Positions 40,574-49,367 of a DNA stretch of 64,000 bases are shown here, piece by piece. The notes beneath the pieces are model-generated. The model was not told the DNA's origin. It searched no databases and saw nothing but the letters and a program-made list of their open reading frames with translations. The stretch lies in contig CAVUPH010000042.1 in NCBI GenBank assembly GCA_963743305.1, positions 1 through 64,000 of the forward strand, written 5' to 3'. Source of the DNA: an uncultured delta proteobacterium. Lineage in GTDB: Bacteria; Desulfobacterota; RBG-13-43-22. Each line of letters opens with the position of its first letter. Position 1 is the first letter of the stretch. The translations under genes and the position numbers were made by a program.

Positions 40574-41218
40574 ATGCAACAAGCCGTTACATCAACGGGT
40601 AGGGTTGTTAAAGTGGAAATTATAAATGGGAATTCAAACAAAGAGTTAAATCTAAACAGTGCTCCGGTTCTAAATCCTGCAAGAACCAACGGAAGGTGGA
40701 TCTTGTATAGCCCATTATTAGGTAACATCTGGGTAGGAACCGAGCTATATCTCAAATCCGATTACAAGTACATAGGGAAAGTAGTTGATATTGAATCTGG
40801 TCACTTATTTCCGGATGGGTCCAAACGTGATGGGGTTAAAATAGATTTTGCTGAAGGTGGATTATTCTGGATGCCTAGAGAAACGGTTATAAATATTTAC
40901 CTGGCGGGTACTGGTAAAAGAAATGGAAAAGATGATAATATAAATTCGGCCATTAAAACCGAATCAAATCCAATTCTACCAATGATGATAGATGAAATTG
41001 ATACAGGCAAACCGCTGTCATCTAAAATACCATTGGGAACAAGACTTTTTCTTAAGGATGAAGACAAATATAGATACATAGGAAGAGTAATTGCTACTGA
41101 AGATGGCCATCTTTTTCCGGATGGATCAATAAGTGATGGTGTAAAAATAGAGATTGCCAGGAAATACATAGTATTGGATGCCCAAAAAAACAGTAATGGA
41201 TATTTATGTGACGAATGA
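40574..41218 (+). CDS. Hypothetical protein with an internally duplicated ~50-aa domain
   Basis: GTELYLK..YKYIGKV...GHLFPDGSKRDGVKI and GTRLFLK...YRYIGRV...GHLFPDGSISDGVKI. Confidence 0.7.
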   Translation: MQQAVTSTGRVVKVEIINGNSNKELNLNSAPVLNPARTNGRWILYSPLLGNIWVGTELYLKSDYKYIGKVVDIESGHLFPDGSKRDGVKIDFAEGGLFWMPRETVINIYLAGTGKRNGKDDNINSAIKTESNPILPMMIDEIDTGKPLSSKIPLGTRLFLKDEDKYRYIGRVIATEDGHLFPDGSISDGVKIEIARKYIVLDAQKNSNGYLCDE

Positions 41219-41250
41219 TTGAAATTAATTCACTTTTTAACAAGAAAAAC

Positions 41251-41270
41251 CTGCTACCATTTTGCTACCA
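41251..41270 (+). repeat. Integrase arm-type site candidate (right copy)
   Basis: Identical 20-mer to 34852-34871. Confidence 0.75.
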
Positions 41271-41401
41271 CTATCTAGCAAAATAGGAGGAAACAAAGGG
41301 AACAATAAAACAGACGAAAACGGCTAAAACCGTCATGGTTATTGGCCCTCATCTTTCCTGTTTGTTCCCCTTGTTTCCCCATGTTCCCCTGTTTCGTAAC
41401 T

Positions 41402-41446
41402 CTGACACGGTAGGGGTCACGAGTTCAACCCTCGTCGTGCCTACCA
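41402..41446 (+). repeat. att repeat: duplicated 3' half of tRNA-Val
   Basis: CTGACACGGTAGGGGTCACGAGTTCAACCCTCGTCGTGCCTACCA. Confidence 0.95.
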
Positions 41447-41455
41447 TGCCTAGCC

Positions 41456-41497
41456 AGGACCTAGTCCCGCCCTTATAAGCGGGACTAGGTCCTTTTT
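41456..41497 (+). terminator. Intrinsic terminator, probably the original tRNA-Val terminator
   Basis: AGGACCTAGTCCCGC-N8-GCGGGACTAGGTCCT-TTTT directly after the att repeat. Confidence 0.85.
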
Positions 41498-41639
41498 ATC
41501 TTCTATGGTCCCAGCGGTCGTATCTGTCCCCGCCATGTCGACGGTGTCCACCACCGTCATCATAATAGGGAATGAAACAGCCCCCCAGGGATGTTAAAAC
41601 CATCCCGAACATAATCCAAAACATAATAGTTTTTTTCAT
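41496..41639 (-). CDS. 47-aa lipoprotein (absent from the ORF track)
   Basis: SD GAGG; MKKTIMFWIMFGMVLTSLGG-C-FIPYYDDGGGHRRHGGDRYDRWDHRR. Confidence 0.7.
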   Translation of the reverse strand: MKKTIMFWIMFGMVLTSLGGCFIPYYDDGGGHRRHGGDRYDRWDHRR

Positions 41640-41759
41640 TTTTCTATCCTCTAAGTTTATTATTTAATCGTTTTACGTTTATCCTTATCGAGCCCGATTG
41701 CTCACGACGGCACGGTGTAAGGCGGCGTGAGCAATCGGCGATCGACGGTGAGGATCCCC

Positions 41760-42048
41760 CTAGCGAATATCGAACGGGAAGGGGAGGAAGATTCTGATGC
41801 CCGGCGACGGAGCCGGGACAGCGTAGATCGGTGGACCATAACTCGGTCCCGGACGGTAGTAGCCATGGGGCCGATACGCCCGCCGTCCACGATCGTACTG
41901 CCGCCCGCGGTCATCGGCGCCAGTCGCGTTGCTGCGGCCTTTGGACTCTATCGCCATTTCTGCCGAGCGCCGGCCCCGCGGATATACCGCCGATCAGGGA
42001 GACAAAGATAAGCGCCATCATGATCTTACCGACTATTGAGATTCTCAT
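41760..42048 (-). CDS. Small exported Arg/Pro/Tyr-rich protein; frameshifted
   Basis: Signal peptide (..SAGPALG), then YRPHGYYRPGPSYGPPIYAVPAPSPGIRIFLP. Confidence 0.6.
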
Positions 42049-42089
42049 AGGTCCCTTCCTTTCTTGACTTGTGGTTGTCAGGCCGGCGA

Positions 42090-42578
42090 TCATTTGCTTC
42101 TGCCCTTGCCCTTCCTATGGATTCCACGACGAAACAGGGTATCCGCATCCTTTTTCTGCTCGTCCGACATGCTGGCATAGAGCGCCTCGAAGGCCGGGAT
42201 GAAATTCTTGAGCCCCTCCGCATGGGCCTGGGCGATTTCGCTATAGGATTTGAGATCTTCGACGGCGGTCAGGTCCTTTGCTTTTTCGACCCTGGCCTGG
42301 TAAAGGGTGTCCATCGTTTTGGCATTGTCCCGCATCACCTGGGTGACCTTTTTCCATAGTTCTTCCTGGGCTGGTGTGATTTTGAGCTTGGCCTGAAGGT
42401 CTTTGATGCGAGCCTCGGTGCGGTCGACTTTAGAGACCTTAGCCGGGGGCTTCTGGGCCGGTTCGGCCGAAGCCGCCGGGAAAGATTGGCGCTGGCGAAC
42501 GCGATAGTGACCAAGAAGGCCACCGCCGAAATAACCAGTGCGCGTTGGATTAGTAAACTGATGAGCAATTCGTTTCAT
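42090..42578 (-). CDS. Spy/CpxP-family (LTxxQ) periplasmic chaperone; frameshift in the signal region
   Basis: LKITPAQEELW, LYASMSDEQKKDAD. Confidence 0.85.
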   Translation of the reverse strand: MKRIAHQFTNPTRTGYFGGGLLGHYRVRQRQSFPAASAEPAQKPPAKVSKVDRTEARIKDLQAKLKITPAQEELWKKVTQVMRDNAKTMDTLYQARVEKAKDLTAVEDLKSYSEIAQAHAEGLKNFIPAFEALYASMSDEQKKDADTLFRRGIHRKGKGRSK

Positions 42579-42900
42579 GATCGGTCTCCTTTTGAGTGAT
42601 TAATGGCAAGTTGCCGGGGTTTTGGATCAAATTTCTTGCTTCGGTTCCCAAATTTCCATTTCGAGTGTAACCATCTTTGATGTCTCTTTTCATTTAACTC
42701 ATATTGCTTTCGATCGTGTGGGAGGGAAAAAGGTTAAAAAAAATAATAAGCGCGGATGGGTCCTTATTATCCCCCATAAAGGGAAGGAGACGCCGAAATT
42801 ATTTAGCTTATTGCCCCCGAGCGAACTCCAACTACCAGCCCTTAAGCAGGCTAATCTTAAAAATCAAGGAATACCGTTTGTAATGGGGGTCCGCCTTGGC

Positions 42901-43265
42901 CTATGTTTTATCCAACTCTTTCCTCACGGCCAGCCCCAGCTTCTCGATGACATAAGGCTTTTTCACATATTCGCCCGCACCCCAGGTCTAGGCGGTCGTT
43001 ACCCGATCCGACTCCGAAAAGCCGCTGACGATGATCGCTTTCTGTTGGGGAAGGATTTCCAAAATACGCTTAAACGTATCCCGTCCGTCCATACCGGGCT
43101 CCATAATCATATCCAGCACCAATAAATCCACTTCCTGCCCCCTTAAATATTCGATGGCCGCCTCACCGCTGGGAACACTCGCCACGCGGTAATTCAGCTT
43201 CTTCAGCATGGCCGCCGCCAGATCTCGCTGACCCTGGACCTCATCCACTACCAGAATGACTTCTC
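42901..43265 (-). pseudogene. Orphan receiver (REC) domain resembling a hybrid-kinase C-terminus
   Basis: ILVVDE, DLLVLDMIMEPGMDG, IIVSGF, shifted-frame LGAGEYVKKPY; no clear start. Confidence 0.7.
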
Positions 43266-43267
43266 TC

Positions 43268-44066
43268 TTACCTTCTATGGTCTCCCTCCTCTCCTTCAGG
43301 TCTTCCCGAGGCTGAGAGTGTTGTGGTTGCTGGACCTGCGGTCTTGGCTCTCGTCTTGGCGGCTGTTGAACCCTTTCCCGAGGTTCCTGCCTTGGCTGCT
43401 GGACCTGCGGTCTTGGCTCCCGTCTTGGCAGCGGCTGAACCCTTTCCTGAGGTTCCTGTCTTGGCTGCTGGACCCGAGGTGGTCTCTGTGGTTGCTGAAC
43501 CGAGGTGGTCTCAGTTGCTGATGTCGCTGAACCTCTGGCCTCTGTTGATATTGCTGCTGCCTTTGTTGTCTTAGTTCCTGTATCTGGTGTTGTGGTCGAG
43601 GTCGATAGCCCTGGACATCCCAAGTTCTTTGCCTTTCCCAATGTCGATCATTATGCCAGCTCTTCCAGTTCTGTTGAAGTTGGTGGTAAGGAATCCGTTC
43701 ATAATTCCACCGGTGCCCGTACCAATTATGGTCTCTGTAGTATCCTCTCCAACCTGGGTCTACCTCAAAATAAAAACTTGGAACACTATCATAATAACCC
43801 CAGCTCCGGTCATAATAGTGTGAGCGGTACCAGCGACCTTCCCATAGACGCCACCACCAACCATTCCAGAAAAACAGATCGACATCTATAGTAGGCACCA
43901 CGTAAACATCATGGGTATCGGGTATCACGATCACCTCCGGAGGCGCCTGAAAGACGATGGGTGGAGGCAGAGAAATATCGACGTAAATATTTGCCGCTGC
44001 CCTCGTTGAAATTGGAAGGACAATTAGCAGCGCAAAAAGCATTGTTCCCCAAAGCAACTTTTTCAA
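43268..44066 (-). CDS. Exported Trp/Tyr-rich protein with Gln/Pro/Arg repeat tail; frameshifted
   Basis: Signal peptide, PPPIVFQAPPEV, FFWNGWWWRLWEGRWY; ~66-bp tandem repeats near 43330-43480. Confidence 0.7.
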
Positions 44067-44209
44067 TGTATGGCCTCCTTCCAGTAGGTAGTTTTCCTTT
44101 ACAGGTCAGCCCATAAGAGCCATTTCTTATTATCTCAAGGTTATATTATATACCCCTGGCCTCCAAGGTCGAGGGATTAAAGCGGGTCCGCTGCTTCTCA
44201 CGGGGATCT

Positions 44210-44855
44210 TCATGGAGATGCCGGTGCGGAAGGTCCCGGTTGTGAAGCGGGTGGCCTGGGGGCCGGGACCTGGTTTTTGGAATCCGATGGGACCCGGACT
44301 CGACGTTCGGGGACCCATTTTCCGTTTACATAATGCCCCGGTACGGTGAACCATACCCCTTCACTATAAGCCGGTGGGGGTGGGGGGTGGTGTGTAGGTC
44401 CGCGTCGGACGGCGGACGACACCGGGGATCTGGTTTCCCTTGGCATACATGCATTGCTGATAGGCTATGTCGTAGCGCCTCTGGAGCTGATACCCGGAAG
44501 AAGCGCCGGCGCTGCCTCCGATGGAGGTTCCGCCGAGAAGACCGGCACCGGCTCCGATGGCCGCACCGGCGCCCGCGTTACCCGTGGCCGCACCGACCAA
44601 AGCACCCAGACCGGCCCCGACCACCGTTCCAACGGCCGCTCCGGTGGCCAGGTTTTCATTGGCGGTTTGACTTGGCGATGTTCCTCCGATCTGCTGCTGG
44701 GCCCACTCTCGGCAGACGCCGTCATCGGCCATGAACACTTCAAAGGGCTTTCCCGGGTTCGGCATCACCGTGACGGTCGGTCCTATCGGCATCGTGGCGC
44801 ATCCGCTCAGGACCAGGACCGGGAAGAGGACGAGAAGACCTGGTTTCCAATTCAT
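44210..44855 (-). CDS. Glycine-zipper lipoprotein; frameshift near 44375
   Basis: VLSGC lipobox, GAAVGTVVGAGLGALVGAA, YDIAYQQCMYAKGN. Confidence 0.8.
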
Positions 44856-44856
44856 A

Positions 44857-45309
44857 CTATCTCCTTTCTTTTTCCGAAGGGGGAGGAGTCGGAACCACCC
44901 TCGTCCACCCACCCGGACAGCTGGTGACGTAGGGGTAATACCCGGGGGGAGCCTGGCAGTAGTACCAATAGGGGTCTGGCTCCGGTTCGGCGTAGACGGG
45001 AGGCTGGGTAACCGCATCCGGGTAATAAGGAGATGGATCGGAATAAGGATAGTAATAGGGGTAAGGATAATACTCGTACGGATAGTAGTAGGGGAAGCCA
45101 AAGTGTCCGCCGAAAAAGACGCGCGGACCTCCGTAGAAATGGCCTCGGTTATGAAACCCTCCGTGGCCGCCAGAGAACCCTCTGTGGCCACCGCTAAATC
45201 CTCCATGACTACCGAAGCCTCCACCCCCACGATCAGCCTCTGCCTGATTCGGTGACACTAGTATGGTCAACAAAAAAAGGAGGCTTAACAAACAGATGAT
45301 TTTTTTCAT
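44857..45309 (-). CDS. Exported Gly/His- and Pro/Tyr-rich protein
   Basis: Signal peptide, GGH(R/G)GF repeats, YYPYP repeats, YWYYC...GYYPYV..CPGGW. Confidence 0.8.
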   Translation of the reverse strand: MKKIICLLSLLFLLTILVSPNQAEADRGGGGFGSHGGFSGGHRGFSGGHGGFHNRGHFYGGPRVFFGGHFGFPYYYPYEYYPYPYYYPYSDPSPYYPDAVTQPPVYAEPEPDPYWYYCQAPPGYYPYVTSCPGGWTRVVPTPPPSEKERR

Positions 45310-45727
45310 ATTTTTTTCTCCCCGCTAGATTGAAGCGAGCAACTGGTTTGCTCAGGTTTTTTATTGATAAGACTTTTAAATGGACAAAAAAGTTAAAAAC
45401 CCCCTTCAAGACTATTTATGGTTTCCTGACTTCGTCTTTTTTAACATAATCATTTTCCGCATTTTACCAGGATAGGCCTTTAAACGAGAGGGGACAACCG
45501 GGTTCATTAAGAATTTGATTTCAGCAGCCAGACCCAAGTAAGCTTAACCTTAAAAAGTGATGGCCTTCGCCGGAACCGACTCCCGCAGATCGATTAGAAT
45601 TGAAAAACCAATATAATTTAGATAATAATAAATATCACCATCCCTTGGTGCAAAATCTTTAAGGAGTTTTCCTTTAAGTTTTTTTCTTTTCTTTCGATAA
45701 ATCCTATCAGAAGGAGTTTTTTTAACG

Positions 45728-46990
45728 ATGACCAAGGTCAATAGTGGCGTTCTCAATCCTGGGATGGTCCTGGGAGAAGATATCCATCTGCCGGATGGCC
45801 GACTGCTGCTGAAAAAGGGGACCATCCTCGATTTTGAGCATTTACGGTCGGTTAGGGTAGGAGGCGTGAAGGAAGTCGATGTTCTGGAGACCCTTAAACC
45901 GGGGTCCGGTTCCGGCACAACCGCCCCTGCGGTTCCGGATATCCACCATGGCGGAGAAAAAGCTCCCTGGGAAAAAAGGTTTTCCAAATGCGATCCGGAC
46001 CACCCGATCATCCAGGAGCTGTATCGGTTGGCCGCTGCAAACCTGGAATTTTCCGATCAAAAAGATTGGTCCGCTCCGGACTCGGAAAGCGGGCCACCCT
46101 CCGGTTTGACGACGGAGGAGCCCTCCTCTACCTATCAAGCCTTTCTCGGCGATCCTCGATCCTTGATTGGTCCGGACCTGGAACTGGTCTCCCTACCAGA
46201 GATTTTTTACCAGATTGAGGCGGTCATCAACAACCCCCGTAGTTCCGCTTTTCAGATAGCCGAGGTAATCAGCAAGGATCCCAACCTTTCCGCCAAACTG
46301 TTGAGGATTGTCAATAGCGCTTTCTATGGGTTTCCCAAGCAGGTGGACACCATCTCCCGAGCGGTAGCCCTGGTGGGCAGCGATCAGTTGCACCTCCTGA
46401 CTTTGGGGACTTCGGTTATTGCCTTATTTCGGGATATCCCTTCGGCGCTCATGAATATGGGCTGGTTTTGGGAACATAGCTTGGCCTGCGGAATAACCGC
46501 CCGCTTGATCGCCAGCTATAAAAATTTTCTTAACATCGAACAACTGTTTATTTCCGGACTGCTTCACGACCTGGGGAAGCTCATTATTTTTAGAAACCAT
46601 CCCCGGGAGGCCTCGGCTGCCCTAACCCAGGCCGGACGGGCCGAGTCGTTTCATTATCTGATGGAGCAAACGTTTTTGGGCTTTGATCACCTCCAGGTCG
46701 GATTGGCCCTGGCGGAAAAATGGAAACTTCCCTTAAGCCTGCAACAGGCCATTGGCGGTCATCACGACCCGTTGAATTATCCTCCTTCGGTGGATGCCGT
46801 CGTGGTCAATCTGGCCGATAATTTGGTGAATGCCCTGGGTTATGGAAGCAGCGGAGAGCATCTGGTAAACCCCGGGGTGGTGGATGTCTGTGAATTCCTG
46901 AGTCTGCCCGCCGGATTTTTGGGAAAACTGATCCCCCTGATTAATCGCCAAGTGGACGAAACCTTCCATCTTTTCCAGGCCTCTTCCTGA
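45728..46990 (+). CDS. HDOD-domain protein
   Basis: SLPEI, DPNLSAKLLRIVNSAFYG, FWEHSL, GLLHDLGK. Confidence 0.92.
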   Translation: MTKVNSGVLNPGMVLGEDIHLPDGRLLLKKGTILDFEHLRSVRVGGVKEVDVLETLKPGSGSGTTAPAVPDIHHGGEKAPWEKRFSKCDPDHPIIQELYRLAAANLEFSDQKDWSAPDSESGPPSGLTTEEPSSTYQAFLGDPRSLIGPDLELVSLPEIFYQIEAVINNPRSSAFQIAEVISKDPNLSAKLLRIVNSAFYGFPKQVDTISRAVALVGSDQLHLLTLGTSVIALFRDIPSALMNMGWFWEHSLACGITARLIASYKNFLNIEQLFISGLLHDLGKLIIFRNHPREASAALTQAGRAESFHYLMEQTFLGFDHLQVGLALAEKWKLPLSLQQAIGGHHDPLNYPPSVDAVVVNLADNLVNALGYGSSGEHLVNPGVVDVCEFLSLPAGFLGKLIPLINRQVDETFHLFQASS

Positions 46991-47123
46991 ACGTTTCCTG
47001 AGAGTTTCCTCCTGGCGCGGAACGGGTGCCCTTCGGGCCCCTGCACGCTCTCCCGGCCCGAGGCGGGAAAAGGGGCAGGCGCCGTTCTGAACAAAAACCA
47101 GGAGGGTAAGGGGCCGCCGGAGC

Positions 47124-48026
47124 TTAGCGCAGCTTTTTGGCGAAGGCCGAGGCCTGGAGTCCGGCCACGCAGCCCTCGCCTACGGCCTTGGCCACCTGCC
47201 AGGGAGGGCCGCAGATATCCCCGGCGGCGTAGATCCCGGGGACATTGGTTTCCTGATTTTTGTCGGTCACGATATAACGGAGGGACTCGCTGTCCAAAAG
47301 GACCCCCAGCTTGCCGGCCAGTCCAATGGCCCCTTTGGCGCCCAGTTCGATAAAGACACCTTCCACCGGTACCAAAGACCCGTCATCCAGGACGAGCCCT
47401 TCCACCCGACCGGCACCTTGAATTTTATTTACGCTCCGGCCCTCGTGCAAATGAATGGCGCTTTTCCGAATTTGGAGGGCCAGCTTTTCAGCGACGTTCA
47501 ACTGCCGGCAGATGAGGTGAACCTCGGGGCTATAAAACAGGAGGGTTAAGGCGCCGCCGGCCGCCGCGCTTTCCCCGCCCACCACGGCCACCGGCAGATC
47601 CCGGTAGAAATTGGCGTCGCATTCCACGCAGTAGCTGACTCCCTTCCCGAGGAGCTCCTTTTCTCCGGGAACGCCCAGTTTGTTCCGGGAAATACCCATG
47701 CTGAGGATCAGGGCCTTGGCGCTGAAGATTTCACCGGCCTCGGTTCGGACTTGGAATTCCGGGGTCTGGCCTTCGATGTCCAGTACGTCCTCGTCAAGAA
47801 ACCGGGCGCCGGAACGCTCGGCCTGCCGATGCCCTTCCAAAAGCAGCGATTCCCCGGTTACCCCTGGCAGGCAACAGTAGTTTTCAATGTGGGCTTTGAA
47901 CAGGCTGCTTTTCGGCTGCCGGCCCAGGACCAGGACCGAAACTTTGGCTCGGGCCGCATGAATAGCCGCTTGCAGACCGGCCGGTCCGGTTCCCAGGATA
48001 ATAACCTCAATATGATTTTCGTTCAT
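47124..48026 (-). CDS. Thioredoxin-reductase-like FAD oxidoreductase
   Basis: GTGPAGLQAA, GVSYCVECDA, TNVPGIYAAGD. Confidence 0.9.
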   Translation of the reverse strand: MNENHIEVIILGTGPAGLQAAIHAARAKVSVLVLGRQPKSSLFKAHIENYCCLPGVTGESLLLEGHRQAERSGARFLDEDVLDIEGQTPEFQVRTEAGEIFSAKALILSMGISRNKLGVPGEKELLGKGVSYCVECDANFYRDLPVAVVGGESAAAGGALTLLFYSPEVHLICRQLNVAEKLALQIRKSAIHLHEGRSVNKIQGAGRVEGLVLDDGSLVPVEGVFIELGAKGAIGLAGKLGVLLDSESLRYIVTDKNQETNVPGIYAAGDICGPPWQVAKAVGEGCVAGLQASAFAKKLR

Positions 48027-48049
48027 GGGCTCCTCCGAAAGCGAATGGC

Positions 48050-49201
48050 TTAAACGGGGATTTTCAGGGTCACGGTAGTGCCTTTCCCCGGATTTCCCTC
48101 GATGGTCAATTCCCCTCCAAACAGGATGGCCCGCTCCCGCATGCCCACCAGGCCCAGAGATTTGCTCCTGGAAATTTCCTCCTCCGAAATTCCCCGGCCG
48201 TTATCCCGGATGGTCAGCCGTAACCACTTTTTCTCTTCACTCAAGGCCGCTTCGACCCTGGTGGCCTCGGAATGGCGGACTACATTGGTCAAGGTTTCCT
48301 GAAAAATACGAAAAACAGCCACCGACCGGTCCGGATCCAGATCGAGTTTCTGAAGAGAGGACCGGAATCGGCAGCGAATGCCGGTTTTTTTTTCAAATTC
48401 CCGGGTCTGCCACTCCAGGGCCGCGACCAGTCCGAAGTCATCCAGAATGCGGGGCCTCAGTTCCGTGGAAAGCCGACGGACGGATCGAACGGTCTGATCG
48501 ATGCGTTTTTCCATGGCCTGCAATTTATCCCTCAGGGCGGTCTGATCCGGGAGGAGATTTTTCTCCACCCAGGCGGAGTCCAGCTTCAGGACGGTCAAAG
48601 CCTGCCCCAGATCGTCGTGGATTTCCCGGGCGATCTTGGCCCGTTCTTCTTCCCGGACCGATTGCAGCCGGGCTGAAAGGGCCCGTAATTTTCTTTGAGA
48701 GTTCTGGAGTTCCTCCTCCGCCATTTTTCGTTCGGTGATATCGCGGGAGATCCCTAAAATGGACTGGATCCGGTTTTTTTTCTTCTGAAAAGGCACCAGC
48801 CAAGTGTTGATCCAGACCTCCCGGGTGCCGAAAACGATTTTATTTTCCACATTGAGAGGGTTTCCGGTCTGGAAAACCTTCTCCAGGCTTTTTCCCTGGG
48901 CTTCGGCCACTCCGGCGGGAAAAAGGTTTTTCCGGGGGGTTCCGATTATTTTTTCGACGGGGAGACCCAGTTGGTGCGCCCCGAAGCGGTTGACATAAAC
49001 CACTTGATCCCGGCGATCAATGACGAAAATAAAATCATTGGCCGCATTCGCCAGCACCCCGTAGGGGTCATCATTCTTCACCCGGGGGGGACTTAGAGGG
49101 CGCAGGGGTGGGCGGCTGTTTTCCAAGGAGGCCAGCCGTTTTCGCAGGGTCAGGAGTTCGGCGACAAGCTGCTTTTTGGTTTTTCGATCGTCGACGGTCA
49201 T
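48050..49201 (-). CDS. Cytoplasmic PAS sensor histidine kinase (HisKA_3)
   Basis: PAS, ERAKIAREIHDDLGQ, QETLTNVVRHS, DNGRG, GLVGMRER. Confidence 0.92.
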   Translation of the reverse strand: MTVDDRKTKKQLVAELLTLRKRLASLENSRPPLRPLSPPRVKNDDPYGVLANAANDFIFVIDRRDQVVYVNRFGAHQLGLPVEKIIGTPRKNLFPAGVAEAQGKSLEKVFQTGNPLNVENKIVFGTREVWINTWLVPFQKKKNRIQSILGISRDITERKMAEEELQNSQRKLRALSARLQSVREEERAKIAREIHDDLGQALTVLKLDSAWVEKNLLPDQTALRDKLQAMEKRIDQTVRSVRRLSTELRPRILDDFGLVAALEWQTREFEKKTGIRCRFRSSLQKLDLDPDRSVAVFRIFQETLTNVVRHSEATRVEAALSEEKKWLRLTIRDNGRGISEEEISRSKSLGLVGMRERAILFGGELTIEGNPGKGTTVTLKIPV

Positions 49202-49367
49202 ATTCCTTATTAGAAACCTTTGGCCCGGCCAAAGTCAACTTGAAAGAGTTCCCCGGCCCCTGGGGGGCCTCTCAAAAGGAAGGAGCCCGGAAAAAGATTG
49301 GCGGCTTGATTAGGGACCCGGTTTGGAATATAATCGAGTTTTTCTTTGGAAAGGATCCACGAATAAG

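Larger units (their letters stand above)
34578..41446. mobile_element. ~6.9-kb integrative element in tRNA-Val
   Basis: 45-bp direct repeat of the tRNA 3' half (34578-34622 = 41402-41446); adjacent tyrosine integrase; AT-rich interior. Confidence 0.92.

Noticed and set aside
41402-41446. Second tRNA-Val gene
   Set aside because: Only the 3' 45 nt are present, with no acceptor 5' strand or D-arm; it is the att duplication
43330-43480. ~66-bp tandem repeats as a CRISPR array
   Set aside because: No unique spacers and no cas genes; the repeats encode the QPR-rich protein tail
42988-43641. Apparent fusion of the Gln/Pro repeat tail of an exported protein to a receiver domain
   Set aside because: Adding one G gives a natural-looking end PRGRPEGEEGDHRR-TAA at 43268; the fusion is probably an indel artefact next to an orphan REC remnant
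45490-45720. Riboswitch upstream of the HDOD gene
   Set aside because: No recognisable c-di-GMP or other aptamer consensus could be identified by eye
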